Part shown: in pieces, positions 34,980 to 47,877 of the stretch | How the letters are laid out: each line of letters begins with the position of its first letter | Position numbering within the stretch: the first letter of the stretch is position 1 | DNA from: Rhodospirillaceae bacterium | GTDB taxonomy: Bacteria > Pseudomonadota > Alphaproteobacteria > Rhodospirillales > Rhodospirillaceae | Direction of reading: 5' to 3' | DNA length: 64,000 bases | NCBI GenBank assembly: GCA_049604415.1 | Contig: JBMYTN010000006.1 | Location: 65,107 to 129,106, forward strand | The notes under the pieces: model-generated | The model's input: only the letters and a program-made list of their open reading frames with translations | What the model was told of the DNA's origin: nothing | Databases searched by the model: none | Position numbers and translations under genes: made by a program

Positions 34980-36545
34980 ATGGAGGTTTTCGCGATCATT
35001 CTGGCCCTGGCCTGTGTGGTTCCGGTGATAGTGCTTTGCTGTTGGGCGTGTCATTGGGACGGGCCAGCACCGTTTTTCAACACGGTGCGAAGAGACCGGC
35101 TGGACCATTGGTTCCTGCATCATTGTGAAAAAATCACCATGACCGATGCCCGGGCTTGGCTGTGGCACCGGCGCTTGGGAACCCGATCAGAAGATTTGCG
35201 CCCCTATCCGCCGATTTATGCCTTTGGCTTGGCCTCGGCGCTGCCTTGCTTGCTCGGGTTTGCCAGTTTCGGGCTGACCAACCGGGGCATGCGCGTTCCA
35301 TTCTTGCTGATGAATGGCGCGGCTTGTGTTGGCATGGTGCTTTGCCTTCAGGCGATGATGCCCTGGTGGGCGGCTCTTACTGCGGCTGCGATCTTGCTGC
35401 TCAATGCCAATCAACTGCACTACATGATGGTCGGCGTGATCGAGCATGTGACCACCATTGCCCTTATTGCGCTGATTACTGTTTTGCTTCTGGTTCCGGC
35501 AACCCTCCTGGACCATCCTTGGATCATTGGCTTTGCCATTGGGGTGCTGATCTGGGTGAAGCAAACCTGCATGGGGATTGTGGCAGTTGCTTTTGTCGTT
35601 CTGTCCGCTGCCCTGGGGGGCTGGTTGGCAGGGCTGGTGGCAGCAGTGGCCTGCCTGCTTGGTGCGGTTTTGGCCGAAGCATTGCAGTTGCTTGTGATGG
35701 CCCGATTGGGCTGGGCCGGGAAACGGTTGCAAAACCTGCGGGAAGCCTTCGCTTTGTTTACCGGGCGCTCGGCGAACAAAGTGAATTCCGCCGTTATCCC
35801 GCTGAAAATGGCCAAACTACGGATCTACCCTTATCTGTTTCGCAATTTGGCAGAATGGTTGTGGTTCACAGGCCCCGATGGTGTCAAAGACCATGGAGTG
35901 ACCGCTTGGGTGGGGTGGGCGTTTTTGAGTGTTTTTAGTCTCACCGGCTTGCTTTGCCTGGTGATAAATGGGGTCAGTCACCCGGTTTCAGCCTTATTCC
36001 TGGCTTTGATGGTGATCATCGGTGCCCATGGTGCTTTTTCCTACTGGCTGAAGCGCAGCGCTCCCTTGTTTCTGCCGATCCTGCTCTGTCAGATTTTGTT
36101 GCTGGAGACCGTGGCGGTGGCTCTTATGGGGCAACCGGGCTGGTCTCTGGTGCCCCTTGCAGGATTGTTGGTTTTGCAGGTCATGCTGCATGGTCCGTTG
36201 CTGCGCAATTGGGTGCGCCAGCGTCGCACCATCACCAAAGACTTGGCTGATGGTCTCACTGATGTCGTGTCGGAAGAGACCATCTACGCCCATAATTACT
36301 GCCAGCGCTTTTTTTGGCAGGCCCCTGTGCGGTTTAAGGCCGGGGATGATCAGTGGTACCACAATCAGGACATTATTGAGTGGTTGGCCAAAGAGCGGGG
36401 AACCTATCTGATGACCTCGGCCTATGGTCGGGACGCGGTATTGCCGGACGGGTGTCGGGCGGAAAAACTGGGCGAGTGGCCATCAACCCCGGCCCATATG
36501 TCGGGCAATGACACCTATACCCTGTTCCGGATCACCTGGGTCTAA
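34980..36545 (+). CDS. large polytopic integral membrane protein with C-terminal soluble domain, function unknown
   Basis: AGAGG Shine-Dalgarno 6 nt before ATG at 34980 (the ORF track starts at 34914). Multiple TM helices, then a roughly 100-aa hydrophilic C-terminus. Divergent from 33484-34887. Confidence 0.5.
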   Translation: MEVFAIILALACVVPVIVLCCWACHWDGPAPFFNTVRRDRLDHWFLHHCEKITMTDARAWLWHRRLGTRSEDLRPYPPIYAFGLASALPCLLGFASFGLTNRGMRVPFLLMNGAACVGMVLCLQAMMPWWAALTAAAILLLNANQLHYMMVGVIEHVTTIALIALITVLLLVPATLLDHPWIIGFAIGVLIWVKQTCMGIVAVAFVVLSAALGGWLAGLVAAVACLLGAVLAEALQLLVMARLGWAGKRLQNLREAFALFTGRSANKVNSAVIPLKMAKLRIYPYLFRNLAEWLWFTGPDGVKDHGVTAWVGWAFLSVFSLTGLLCLVINGVSHPVSALFLALMVIIGAHGAFSYWLKRSAPLFLPILLCQILLLETVAVALMGQPGWSLVPLAGLLVLQVMLHGPLLRNWVRQRRTITKDLADGLTDVVSEETIYAHNYCQRFFWQAPVRFKAGDDQWYHNQDIIEWLAKERGTYLMTSAYGRDAVLPDGCRAEKLGEWPSTPAHMSGNDTYTLFRITWV

Positions 36546-36557
36546 ACGCCTGGAACC

Positions 36558-36600
36558 AGGCCGTTGACTCAAAAACGTCCCGTTTATGAGGCTACGGCCT
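36558..36600. repeat. 43-bp palindromic intergenic element, copy 2
   Basis: AGGCCGTTGACTCAAAAACGTCCCGTTTATGAGGCTACGGCCT, located between convergent genes. Confidence 0.6.
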
Positions 36601-36627
36601 AAAGGGCCAATACGGGTGGATTAGGCG

Positions 36628-38397
36628 TCAAGCGGCGCTATCTGTGGCAACTTGTTCAGGCGTTTTGCTCTGCCCTGGTGGCAGATCTTTGACCAGGCGG
36701 CGCAGTTGTTGGGTTGTGGCCCGGATCTGTGCGGCTTTTTTGGTTTCCGGAATTTCTTCCTCGCCATTGTTTTCATACCCCGCAGGCAGGATCATCTCGC
36801 CGGTGATCTCACCTTGGACGCTTTCGATATCGAAATCCGTCGGCTTCATATTGCCCGACTGGATCACCATGTTGGACCAGCCGTAGAGCCAAATTGAAAA
36901 CAGCTTCCCGACATTCTGGATCCGTTTGCGCCGAGACAGCAGCAACAGCAACCCCTTGGTTACAAAATAGACCCGCATCGGATGGAGCAAAAACCGTCCC
37001 ATGCGCAGACTTAAGGATGCCAGAACCAAGCGGTTGCGGATCACATTGCGCAGCAATTCGGCCAAGCTGCCATAGCCCGCCCCTTCCTGGGCGATGAAAT
37101 TGCCGGTTTCTAAATTTTCCACATAGTTCCGCAGCCGTCGATATTGGTGCCGTCCATCTGCGGATGACTTCATAAAATGCACATAGCCCTTAATCAGGGT
37201 TTCTGTCGGCAGCAAATAGCGGATGTTGGTCTGGAATTTGAAGCGACCGATATGGGCTGCTAAGGGGCGCAAGCGACCGCTCAGCTTCATCCGGCGATAG
37301 AGCGGTGTGCCGGGCAAAGCGACCAGCAGGCCGGGGTTGGAGGTCAGCAAGCAGGACTCTTCCATGCCCTCCAGGGATTTGTCGAAGATTTCCGGCGTGT
37401 CGGAATCAAAGCCGAAGATCAGCCCTGGGGTCACGATGAAGCCATAAGATTGAATTTGACGCAGCGCCTCAGGCAGATCGAACTTCTTCGAGCGGTTTTG
37501 TACCTTGCTCATTTCCAGCAAGGTGTTGGTGTCGAAGGACTCCACACCGATGAACAGAACATCGAACCCAGCCTGGCGCAGCTTGACCATCAAGGCCGGG
37601 TCTTGGGCCAGATTGATGGTCAGCCAAGTGAAAAAGCTGGGTCGGTGACCGGTGCGCTCGCGCCATTCGATCATCTTGTCGGCCACTTCATGGGCCCAGC
37701 GGGGCTCGCCAATGAAGTTATCGCAACACAACATGAAGGACTTCACGCCCAAATTGGCTAGGCGATCCAAATCCTCAATGATCACATCGGGGTCTTTGTT
37801 GTGGGCCCGATTGTTGTCGGTCAAGATCCGGATATCGCAGAATTCGCATAGGAACGGACAGCCTCGGGAGACTTCCAACAGGGTGCCGTAATAGTGGTGG
37901 ACGTATTTTTTCAACAGCGCTTGGTCCATGGGCATGGAGCCGCCCATGTTGAAGCGTTGCGGGGCGCGAATGACACGGTCTTCTTCAGATTTGCCACGCA
38001 CCGCATCCAGCAAGCGGTTGATGATCAGCTCGCCATCGCCAATGCAGATGTAATCGAAAGGGGTGAATTCGTTCAGCCAACCAGCTTGGTCAAAGGACCA
38101 TGTGATCGGGCCGCCAATGGCGAATTTGGCTTTCGGATAGCGGGCTTTCAGGCGCTCTGCCACCCCGCGCATATAGTCCAGATCCTGGTTTAGCGCGCTA
38201 AACAAAAAAGCGTCCGCTTCACCAATCTCATCTTCAGAGCAGATGCGGGTGTCAAACAGATCATAGGTTATGGAGGCGCGGTCTTCTATGAACGGCGCGA
38301 TCACCATCGCCCAGAGCGGGGTATAGGCATTGCCGAAATTCTGCCTTGCCTGATAGACCGGATCGGGCGCGTGAATAAAGTGGACGCGGTAAGACAT
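36628..38397 (-). CDS. B12-binding domain radical SAM protein (class B radical SAM family)
   Basis: N-terminal Rossmann-like cobalamin-binding region (FAIGGPITW), radical SAM cluster motif CPFLCEFC (CxxxCxxC), C-terminal extension. Start chosen at MSYRVHF, which has a better Shine-Dalgarno than the 38445 start. Confidence 0.8.
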   Translation of the reverse strand: MSYRVHFIHAPDPVYQARQNFGNAYTPLWAMVIAPFIEDRASITYDLFDTRICSEDEIGEADAFLFSALNQDLDYMRGVAERLKARYPKAKFAIGGPITWSFDQAGWLNEFTPFDYICIGDGELIINRLLDAVRGKSEEDRVIRAPQRFNMGGSMPMDQALLKKYVHHYYGTLLEVSRGCPFLCEFCDIRILTDNNRAHNKDPDVIIEDLDRLANLGVKSFMLCCDNFIGEPRWAHEVADKMIEWRERTGHRPSFFTWLTINLAQDPALMVKLRQAGFDVLFIGVESFDTNTLLEMSKVQNRSKKFDLPEALRQIQSYGFIVTPGLIFGFDSDTPEIFDKSLEGMEESCLLTSNPGLLVALPGTPLYRRMKLSGRLRPLAAHIGRFKFQTNIRYLLPTETLIKGYVHFMKSSADGRHQYRRLRNYVENLETGNFIAQEGAGYGSLAELLRNVIRNRLVLASLSLRMGRFLLHPMRVYFVTKGLLLLLSRRKRIQNVGKLFSIWLYGWSNMVIQSGNMKPTDFDIESVQGEITGEMILPAGYENNGEEEIPETKKAAQIRATTQQLRRLVKDLPPGQSKTPEQVATDSAA

Positions 38398-38540
38398 TCT
38401 GTTTGCCCCGCCAAGCTGTTCCAGTTGGGACTGATCACTCCGCATTCTGCGAAGCCTATATTAGAATGCCAATTGGTTAATTTCTTTTTAAGACGCAAGC
38501 CAATTCGGTCTCAAAGGTCGGGTTTTCGTCAACTGGCGCA

Positions 38541-39632
38541 CTATGCTTGGGCCTTGGCCAGCTTTTTCGCCCGATTTTCCGCCCCGCGCCGGATGCGGTT
38601 GAACACACCGGTCAGCCCCATGGCTTTGCGCATGTCTTTCAGGGTGTTTTGGGCGATCGCTCGAACCTTTTCCGTACCCTCGGCAATGACCTCGTCCACA
38701 TAGCCAGTTTTGGCTTCGGCTTCGGCGGTGCGCTCCCGGATCGGGGTCAGGAAGCCTTCAATGGCTTCGGTCAGCAGGCCTTTAACTTCCGTATCGCCGA
38801 CCTTGCCAGCACGGTAGCGGGTCTTCAGCTCCTCGACCTGGTCTTTGTTCGGGTTGAAAATGTCGTGATAGATGAAGACCGGGTTGCCCTCGACCTTGCC
38901 TGGGATGTCGGCGCGGATCCGGTTCGGGTCGGTGAACATGGAGTTCACTTTTTTCGCCACGGTCTTGCTGTCATCGGACAGGAAGATGCAATTGCCCAGG
39001 GATTTGGACATTTTGGCCCCGCCATCCAAGCCAACCAATGACGGGGTCTCGCTGACCATCACATCGGGGATCGGGAACACTTCGCCATAGGTTTGGTTAA
39101 AGCGCCGAGCGATTTCCCGGGTGATCTCCACATGGGCCACATTGTCCTTGCCGACCGGCACCAGATGGGCCTTGGGCATCAAGATATCTGCCGATTGCAG
39201 CAACGGGTAAGAGATCAGGGCGAGGGGAATGGACTCTTCGGAAATCTGGGCATCCCGGGCCATATCCTTGATGCTCGGCAGCCGGGTCAGGCGATTGACG
39301 GTCACCAAATGGGACATCAGCAAGCTGATTTGCGGCACCTCAGGAATGGCCGATTGCAGGTAGATCGTGACTTTGGTCGGGTCGATCCCAGCCCCGATAT
39401 AGTCCATCACCATGCCCCGGGCATTGTCGGACACCTTATTGATATGCTCCGGCTCCGATTTGGTGGTCAGCATATGCAAATCGGCAATGATCAGGATGGT
39501 GTCATATTGATCCTGCAGGGCGGCACGGTTTTGCAGCGAGCCAACATAATGCCCCAAATGCAGCCGCCCTGTGGGGCGGTCGCCGGTCAAGATACGCTTC
39601 TTCTCTGGGGTCGAAACTGGGCTGTCGGTCAT
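38541..39632 (-). CDS. trpS: tryptophan--tRNA ligase
   Basis: HIGH-type motif TGDRPTGRLHLGHYVG, KMSKS motif GAKMSKSLGN, 363 aa. Confidence 0.85.
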   Translation of the reverse strand: MTDSPVSTPEKKRILTGDRPTGRLHLGHYVGSLQNRAALQDQYDTILIIADLHMLTTKSEPEHINKVSDNARGMVMDYIGAGIDPTKVTIYLQSAIPEVPQISLLMSHLVTVNRLTRLPSIKDMARDAQISEESIPLALISYPLLQSADILMPKAHLVPVGKDNVAHVEITREIARRFNQTYGEVFPIPDVMVSETPSLVGLDGGAKMSKSLGNCIFLSDDSKTVAKKVNSMFTDPNRIRADIPGKVEGNPVFIYHDIFNPNKDQVEELKTRYRAGKVGDTEVKGLLTEAIEGFLTPIRERTAEAEAKTGYVDEVIAEGTEKVRAIAQNTLKDMRKAMGLTGVFNRIRRGAENRAKKLAKAQA

Positions 39633-39771
39633 GGGAGGGCTCGCTAGGGAACAATGGGGACAGGAAGGCGCTTCCTGCTACCCCTCCGACCGCGCGATGT
39701 CCATAGCCAAATCAAGCGGGGCAGGGTCCCAAGGCTGATTCATGGCCTGGCTCCGGTGGCAGTCCAAGCAT

Positions 39772-41925
39772 TCACCGCCGTCGTGACCGCGCCTTGTTTT
39801 TCGCTTTCGCCTTGGCGCTGGACTTGGCCGCAGCACCACGCCCCCTGGCTGCGGAGGCGCGATAGGGGGCAACCGGGCCCGCATCGGCCAAGCCATCCGC
39901 TGGAACGCCCAGCTCCATGGCTTCCAGGCGTTTGATCTCATCACGCAGCCGGGCGGCTTCTTCGAATTCCAGGTCAGCCGCAGCGGCGCGCATGCTCTTT
40001 TCCAGCTCGGCAATATGGGTGCGCAGATTGTCGCCCGCCAAATATGGGTCTTGGCCATCACCATCCTGCAGCGCGTCGACGGTGACATAGTCCTGCTCAT
40101 ACACACTTTGCAACACATCGGAGATCCGGGAGCGCACCGTCTCCGGCGTGATGCCATGCAGGGCGTTATAGGCCTGCTGCTTTTCCCGGCGTCGGTTGGT
40201 CTCGCCAATGGCGTAGTCCAGGCTGTCGGTCATTTTGTCCGCATAGAGGATGACCCGGCCCTCCACATTCCGCGCCGCCCGGCCAATGGTCTGGACCAAG
40301 GAGGTTTTGGAGCGCAAAAAGCCCTCCTTATCCGCATCCAGGATCGCCACCAACCCGCATTCCGGAATGTCGAGGCCCTCGCGCAGCAGGTTGATCCCGA
40401 CCAGCACATCAAAGCTGCCCAGACGCAAATCGCGGATGATCTCGATCCGCTCCAGGGTGTCGACATCGGAGTGCATATAGCGCACCCGCACCCCCTGTTC
40501 GGTCAAATATTCCGTCAGGTCTTCGGCCATGCGCTTGGTCAGGGTGGTGCAGAGCACGCGCTGGCCCTTCTCGGCACAGAGCTTGGCCTCTGAGAGCAAA
40601 TCATCGACCTGGGTTTCCACCGGACGGATGATGCAAACCGGATCCACCAGGCCGGTGGGTCGGATGACCTGCTCGGTGACCACGCCCTGGGTGCGATCCA
40701 GCTCCCACCCGCCCGGCGTTGCCGAGACGAACAGGGATTGCGGGCGCATCACCTCCCACTCCTCGAATTTCAGCGGTCGGTTGTCGACGCAGGAAGGCAG
40801 CCGGAAGCCATAGTCCGCCAAGGTGCTTTTGCGTTGGAAGTCGCCCCGGAACATGCCACCGATTTGGGGCACCGCGACATGGCTTTCATCGACAAACAGC
40901 AAAGCGTCTTCCGGCAGATATTCAAACAGGGTCGGCGGCGGCATGCCCGGTTCGCGCCCGGTCAGATGGCGGGAATAGTTTTCGATGCTTTTGCAATGCC
41001 CGGTGGCCTCGATCATCTCCAGGTCAAAGCGGGTGCGCTGTTCCAGCCGTTGCGCTTCCAACAGCTTGCCTTGATTGGTCAGATTTTCCAGCTGCTGCTT
41101 CAGCTCGGTCTTGATGGTCCGAACCGCTTGGGACAAAGCTGGGCGCGGGGTGACATGGTGGCTGGCGGGATAGACCGTGACGCTTTCCAGGGTCGCCGTG
41201 GTCTCCCCGGTTAGGGGATCGAACTCCTTAATCGCCTCGATCTCATCGCCCCACAGGCCGACCCGCCAGGCCCGGTCCTCATAGTGGGCCGGGAAGATCT
41301 CCACACTGTCGCCCCGGACCCGGAAGCAGCCCCGGGCAAAACCGATGTCATTGCGGGTATATTGGATCTCGACCAGGGTGCGCAGCAGATCCTTGCGCTC
41401 CAAAGTCTGACCGGTTTCCAGCTTCAGGGTCATTTGGGCATAGGACTCGACGGCCCCGATGCCATAGATGCAAGAAACGGAGGCGACGATGACCACATCG
41501 CGTCGTTCCAGCAGCGCCCGGGTGGCGGCGTGGCGCATCCGGTCGATCTGCTCATTGATCGAGCTGTCCTTCTCGATATAGGTGTCGGTCCGGGGCACAT
41601 AGGCTTCAGGCTGGTAGTAGTCGTAATAGGAAACGAAATATTCCACCGCATTGTCCGGGAAGAAGCCTTTGAACTCGCCATAGAGCTGGGCGGCCAAGGT
41701 CTTGTTCGGGGCCAGGATCAGGGTGGGGCGGCCTTGGGCCTCGATGATTTTGGCCATTGTGAAGGTCTTGCCCGACCCGGTGACCCCCAGCAGCACCTGA
41801 TCTCGCTCACCGCCCAAAATGCCGTCATTCAGCTCGCCAATGGCTGTCGGCTGATCCCCGGCGGGTTGATAGTCCGAGGCCATGCGGAAGTCGGCCCGGG
41901 GACCGGCGGCAGGGCGGTTGAACAT
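39772..41925 (-). CDS. uvrB: excinuclease ABC subunit B
   Basis: N-terminal [14 protein letters not shown], Walker [15 protein letters not shown]-terminal UvrB/UvrC interaction motif [17 protein letters not shown]. Start chosen at MFNRP; the ORF is open to 42045. Confidence 0.9.
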   Translation of the reverse strand: MFNRPAAGPRADFRMASDYQPAGDQPTAIGELNDGILGGERDQVLLGVTGSGKTFTMAKIIEAQGRPTLILAPNKTLAAQLYGEFKGFFPDNAVEYFVSYYDYYQPEAYVPRTDTYIEKDSSINEQIDRMRHAATRALLERRDVVIVASVSCIYGIGAVESYAQMTLKLETGQTLERKDLLRTLVEIQYTRNDIGFARGCFRVRGDSVEIFPAHYEDRAWRVGLWGDEIEAIKEFDPLTGETTATLESVTVYPASHHVTPRPALSQAVRTIKTELKQQLENLTNQGKLLEAQRLEQRTRFDLEMIEATGHCKSIENYSRHLTGREPGMPPPTLFEYLPEDALLFVDESHVAVPQIGGMFRGDFQRKSTLADYGFRLPSCVDNRPLKFEEWEVMRPQSLFVSATPGGWELDRTQGVVTEQVIRPTGLVDPVCIIRPVETQVDDLLSEAKLCAEKGQRVLCTTLTKRMAEDLTEYLTEQGVRVRYMHSDVDTLERIEIIRDLRLGSFDVLVGINLLREGLDIPECGLVAILDADKEGFLRSKTSLVQTIGRAARNVEGRVILYADKMTDSLDYAIGETNRRREKQQAYNALHGITPETVRSRISDVLQSVYEQDYVTVDALQDGDGQDPYLAGDNLRTHIAELEKSMRAAAADLEFEEAARLRDEIKRLEAMELGVPADGLADAGPVAPYRASAARGRGAAAKSSAKAKAKNKARSRRR

Positions 41926-42100
41926 CGGCAACAGAATGGGGGCGGAGGCGGTCATGGGGCAGGGACACTTGCGTCTGGAGGGCACAACGCGATGGGCTGT
42001 TAGAAGGTATGGTGAAATCTGCCAGATTGCAAAGGGCTGCCCCATATCCGGCGGATGGCTAGGGAGGATCCTGTCACGGCAATACGGGCATTATTTTTAG

Positions 42101-43447
<1,347 letters not shown>

Positions 43448-43475
43448 TCAACAGGCCCAATACCCTGATGGAACA

Positions 43476-43511
43476 GCCCTGCCCCCGAACGGGGGCAGGG
43501 CTTTTCTTTTG
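43476..43511 (+). terminator. rho-independent terminator
   Basis: GCCCTGCCCCCGAACGGGGGCAGGGC followed by TTTTCTTTTG. Confidence 0.65.
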
Positions 43512-43587
43512 CGCTGCGGCTTGAAGCGATCGGGGGAGATCGCTTTATGTCTTGCAACGGCAACACAAACGGCAGGAGCACCGGTCA

Positions 43588-44238
43588 ATGAAGCAGGCGG
43601 ATGGGTTTCCGACGGTCATGGTGGTCGACCACCCCTTGGTGCAGCATAAGCTGAGCCATATGCGCGACAAGGCGACCTCGACCCGCAAATTTCGCCAGCT
43701 GTTGCGGGAGATCGGTTTGCTGATGGGCTATGAGCTGACCCGCAGCCTGCCCATGACCACCACCAATATTGAAACCCCGCTGACCGACTATGACGCGCCG
43801 GTCATTGCCGGGCGCAAATTGGCGGTGGTGCCAATCCTACGCGCCGGGACCGGCATGGCCGATGGCTTGCTGGAGCTGGTGCCCGGGGCCCGGGTTGGCC
43901 ATGTCGGCAGCTATCGCGACCCGGTGACCAAACATCCGGTGGAATATCTGGTCAAGCTGCCCCAGCCCCAGGGCCGGACCTTCATCCTGGTCGATCCGAT
44001 GCTGGCCACCGGCCATTCCGCCGTCCATGCGGTCGAGGTGGTGAAGAAGCACGGCGTTAAGGGCGAGGATATCCGCTTCATGGCCCTGGTCACAGTGCCG
44101 GAGGGCCTAAAGGTCTTCACTGAAGCCCATCCGGATGTGGCGGTCTATGTGGCGGCCATCGACAGCCACCTTAATGAACATGCCTATATCGTGCCGGGTC
44201 TCGGCGATGCCGGGGATCGCTTGTTCGGCACCAAATAG
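43588..44238 (+). CDS. upp: uracil phosphoribosyltransferase
   Basis: [14 protein letters not shown] and DPMLATGHS (PRPP-binding). About 215 aa. Confidence 0.85.
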   Translation: MKQADGFPTVMVVDHPLVQHKLSHMRDKATSTRKFRQLLREIGLLMGYELTRSLPMTTTNIETPLTDYDAPVIAGRKLAVVPILRAGTGMADGLLELVPGARVGHVGSYRDPVTKHPVEYLVKLPQPQGRTFILVDPMLATGHSAVHAVEVVKKHGVKGEDIRFMALVTVPEGLKVFTEAHPDVAVYVAAIDSHLNEHAYIVPGLGDAGDRLFGTK

Positions 44239-44465
44239 GGCCGTCCCGATAGCCCTCTGGCGAACCTGTGCGCTGCAGCAAGAATGGGCGTTATGCAGTC
44301 CATTTCTTGAGCAGAACGCTCAGACTTTGCGCGGTTCTGTTTCTGGAATGTGACAGAATGGACCTCCTCCGTGAGGCTCCGCCTCATCCCGGTTTTGTCA
44401 CTGATTTGGCATAAGGATTGCTGCGGCTGCGTCGGCCCTATTCCGAGACAGAACCAGGATATTCG

Positions 44466-45605
44466 ATGACAGACGCTGCTCTCGCCTCTGCCCGCCATAA
44501 AGGCGGTGTCGAACTGCTTGGGGTGACCAAGCGATATGGCGAGGCCGTAGCGGTCCATCAGATCTCCCTAAAGATCGCACCGGGATCCTATTGTTGTCTG
44601 TTGGGGCCATCGGGCTGCGGCAAAACCTCGACCCTGCGGATGATCGCCGGTCATGAGGAGGTGAGCGAGGGCGACATTCTCATCGATGGCCGCAATGTCA
44701 CCGAAGCCGCCCCGGCGGCCCGGGGCACGGCGATGATGTTCCAGAACTATGCCTTGTTTCCGCATTTGAACTGTCTGGACAATGTGGCATTTTCCCTGCG
44801 TATAAAAGGGGTTGCGAAGGCGGAGCGGCATCAGAAAGCCGCTGAGTTGCTTGCCCTGGTCCATATGTCTGATTACACCACGCGCATGCCCGCCCAACTG
44901 TCCGGTGGCCAGCAGCAGCGTGTGGCCTTGGCCCGGGCGCTGATCACCAATCCGGAGGTGCTGCTGCTTGATGAGCCGCTTTCGGCGCTGGATCCATTCC
45001 TGCGCACCCATATGCGCGCAGAGCTGCGCTCCCTGCAAAAAGAACTGGGCATCACCTTCATTCATGTGACCCACTCCCAGGACGAGGCCATGGCCCTGGC
45101 CGATATGGTGGTGGTGATGGAAGGCGGCCAAATCCGCCAGGCTGATCCGCCTAGAGTGTTGTTTAACCGTCCCGCCGACAGCTTTGTTGCGCGCTTTATC
45201 GGCGGTCACAATGTGCTGGAAGGCATTTTGACGGAGCCCCGCACCGATGGGGTTTATGTTGAGGGCGGCGCTGGGGCTTTCTATCCCGTCGCCAAAGATC
45301 CGACCGCCCTGTCCGGAACACAAACTGGAACGCGGCTGGCGTTCACAGTGCGGTCTGATGCCATCGACGTTCAAGCGGCAGAGCCTAGCGGGCCGGAGCA
45401 ACCCGCATCTGTCGCAGCGACTCTTTCGAGCATCGAATATGCTGGGGCACAGGTCCATTTGACCCTGTTGCTGGCCGATGGTCAGACCACCCTTAGCGCG
45501 GTTCAATCCGAAACGACCTTCTTTCAGACCCCTCTAGAGGCAGGACAGCCGGTTTTGGCGTCCTGGTCACCGGAGGGCGTCCATCTGCTGGCCGCCACGC
45601 CATAA
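44466..45605 (+). CDS. ABC transporter ATP-binding protein (PotA/FbpC-like, with C-terminal TOBE-like domain)
   Basis: Walker [10 protein letters not shown], signature [15 protein letters not shown], Walker [12 protein letters not shown]. Confidence 0.8.
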   Translation: MTDAALASARHKGGVELLGVTKRYGEAVAVHQISLKIAPGSYCCLLGPSGCGKTSTLRMIAGHEEVSEGDILIDGRNVTEAAPAARGTAMMFQNYALFPHLNCLDNVAFSLRIKGVAKAERHQKAAELLALVHMSDYTTRMPAQLSGGQQQRVALARALITNPEVLLLDEPLSALDPFLRTHMRAELRSLQKELGITFIHVTHSQDEAMALADMVVVMEGGQIRQADPPRVLFNRPADSFVARFIGGHNVLEGILTEPRTDGVYVEGGAGAFYPVAKDPTALSGTQTGTRLAFTVRSDAIDVQAAEPSGPEQPASVAATLSSIEYAGAQVHLTLLLADGQTTLSAVQSETTFFQTPLEAGQPVLASWSPEGVHLLAATP

Positions 45606-45637
45606 CCTGCCTTCACAACCCGAACAGGAGTACTGCG

Positions 45638-46939
45638 ATGACCGATCAGACTGCAAAGCCTAAGGCTGGACTGAAACGCCGGGATTTCCTGAAGACCACC
45701 GCTGCGGCAGCCGGTGGGGTGGCCTTGGGATCCGGAGCCATTAAGGGCTTCCCCACGGTTTGGGCGCAAAACATCAAAGACGTCACCCTGCGCCAGTTTG
45801 GCACCGGGGTCTCAAACATCAATGAGATCGCGACCAAGGTGAAGGAAGATCTGGGCTTTACCCTGGAGATGACCGCCCTGGATACCGACACCACCGCCCA
45901 GCGGGTGGTGACCCAGCCGAAATCCTTCGATATCGCCGACATCGAGTATTTCACCGTGAAGAAAGTTTGGGGCGCGGGCAATCTGCAGCCCTTTGATGTC
46001 TCCAAGCTGACCAATTACGACAAGATCGTCGGGATTTTTAAGAACGGCAAGCTGACCCCGGACTCCACCATTGCCCAGGGCACCGCGCCGCATACGGTGG
46101 GCTTTGTCGCCGATCCCGATGCCAAGGATTTCGCCGGAGAAGAGACCAACTGGTACACCTTGGTCCCGACCATCTACAACGCCGACACCTTGGGCATCCG
46201 TCCGGATTTGATCGGTCGTCCCATTGGCAGCTGGACCGAGTTGCTGAATTCGGAATTCAAGGGCAAGGCCTCGATCCTGAACATTTCCTCCATCGGCATT
46301 ATGGACGCGGCCATGGTTTGCGAAGCCATGGGCGAGATCACCTATGGTGATAAAGGTAATATGACCACCGAAGAGATCGACAAGACCATGGCGATCTTTA
46401 CCGAGGCGAAAAAGGATGGCCAGTTCCGTGCCTTCTGGAAGACCTTTGATGAGTCGGTCAATCTGATGGCCTCGGGCGAGGTGGTGATTCAGTCCATGTG
46501 GTCCCCCGCGATCACCAAAGTGAAGTCCATGGGCTTCCCCTGCATCTATCAGCCGCTGAAAGAAGGCTATCGCTCATGGGGCGGCGGTTTGGGCCTGTCG
46601 CGCAATCTTTCCGGCCTCGAGCTGGAAGCGGCCTATGAATACATCAACTGGTATCTGTCCGGTTGGGTCGGCGGCTTGTTGATGCGCCAAGGCTATTACT
46701 CTGCGGCTCCGGAGACCTCCAAGCTGCATATGAGCGATGATGAATGGGGCTTCTGGTTTGAAGGCAAGCCTGCGGAAAGCGACATTGTCGATCCGTTCGG
46801 CAATGTGCTGGAGAAGGCCGGAGCAACCCGCGACGGCGGGTCGTTCTATGACCGGATGGGGGCTGTGGCCTGCTGGAATTCGGTCATGGATGAAAACCGC
46901 TACATGGTCAGAAAATGGAACGAATTCATCGCGGCATAA
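45638..46939 (+). CDS. ABC transporter periplasmic substrate-binding protein (PotD/PotF-like family), Tat-type signal
   Basis: RRDFLKTTAAAAGGVALG twin-arginine signal. Family-1 SBP size. First gene of the permease operon. Confidence 0.7.
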   Translation: MTDQTAKPKAGLKRRDFLKTTAAAAGGVALGSGAIKGFPTVWAQNIKDVTLRQFGTGVSNINEIATKVKEDLGFTLEMTALDTDTTAQRVVTQPKSFDIADIEYFTVKKVWGAGNLQPFDVSKLTNYDKIVGIFKNGKLTPDSTIAQGTAPHTVGFVADPDAKDFAGEETNWYTLVPTIYNADTLGIRPDLIGRPIGSWTELLNSEFKGKASILNISSIGIMDAAMVCEAMGEITYGDKGNMTTEEIDKTMAIFTEAKKDGQFRAFWKTFDESVNLMASGEVVIQSMWSPAITKVKSMGFPCIYQPLKEGYRSWGGGLGLSRNLSGLELEAAYEYINWYLSGWVGGLLMRQGYYSAAPETSKLHMSDDEWGFWFEGKPAESDIVDPFGNVLEKAGATRDGGSFYDRMGAVACWNSVMDENRYMVRKWNEFIAA

Positions 46940-47022
46940 AGCGGGTGTTCTGATCCTGTCTACCCTCCGTAGGACTTTGTGCCTGCGGGGGGTCGATTGG
47001 TTCACTGACCAAAGGGGATCCC

Positions 47023-47868
47023 ATGTCCGACTATCGGTCCTACCTGCAAGTTCTGCCTCTGGTCGCGATCCTGGGGCTGTTCCTGCTTGGACCGATTGTC
47101 TTGATTTTTATTGTCAGTTTTTGGGATTACTCCGAATTCGATTTGATCCCAGATTTTGTGTTCACCAATTACCGGGAGCTGTTTGAATCCTCGGTCACCT
47201 ATACGATTTACCTCAACACATTGAAATATGCGGCGCTGACCTGGGCCTTTACCCTGGGGATCGGCTTCACGGTGGCCTATTTCCTGGCCTTTCATGTCCG
47301 TAGCCTGAAATGGCAGATTGCCTTGTTTTTGATCTGCACCATCCCGTTTTGGACCTCGAACCTGATCCGCATGATTGCCTGGATCCCGGTTTTAGGCCGC
47401 GAAGGCTTGGTCAACACGGCCCTGCTAAACGCGGGACTGGTGTCCGAGCCGGTGGATTGGTTGCTGTTCAGCGACTTCACCGTCGTGCTGGCCTTTGTCC
47501 ATCTCTACACCCTGTTCATGGTCGTCCCGATTTTTAATTCCATGATGCGCATCGATCAGGCGGTGCTCGAGGCCGCCCGGGACGCCGGAGCCACCAGCTG
47601 GCAAACCGTGCGGCATGTGATCATCCCGCTCTGCCGCCCCGGCATCGCCATTGGCACCATCTTTGTGGTCAGTCTGGTGATGGGGGATTTTGTCACCGTT
47701 CAGGCCATGTCCGGTGGCCAAAGTGCCTCGGTTGGGGTGGCGATGAACAACAAGCGGGCCTTGCTGCAATATCCGGCCGCTGCAGCGGATGCGATGATTT
47801 TGCTGGCCTTTGTGTTGACCGTGGTGGCGATGCTGATGCGCTCGGTCAACATCCGCAAAGAGCTTTAG
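47023..47868 (+). CDS. ABC transporter permease (PotB/PotH-like)
   Basis: 6 TM. EAA-like loop (AARDAGATSWQTVRHVIIPL). Confidence 0.75.
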   Translation: MSDYRSYLQVLPLVAILGLFLLGPIVLIFIVSFWDYSEFDLIPDFVFTNYRELFESSVTYTIYLNTLKYAALTWAFTLGIGFTVAYFLAFHVRSLKWQIALFLICTIPFWTSNLIRMIAWIPVLGREGLVNTALLNAGLVSEPVDWLLFSDFTVVLAFVHLYTLFMVVPIFNSMMRIDQAVLEAARDAGATSWQTVRHVIIPLCRPGIAIGTIFVVSLVMGDFVTVQAMSGGQSASVGVAMNNKRALLQYPAAAADAMILLAFVLTVVAMLMRSVNIRKEL

Positions 47869-47877
47869 GGGCGGCAG

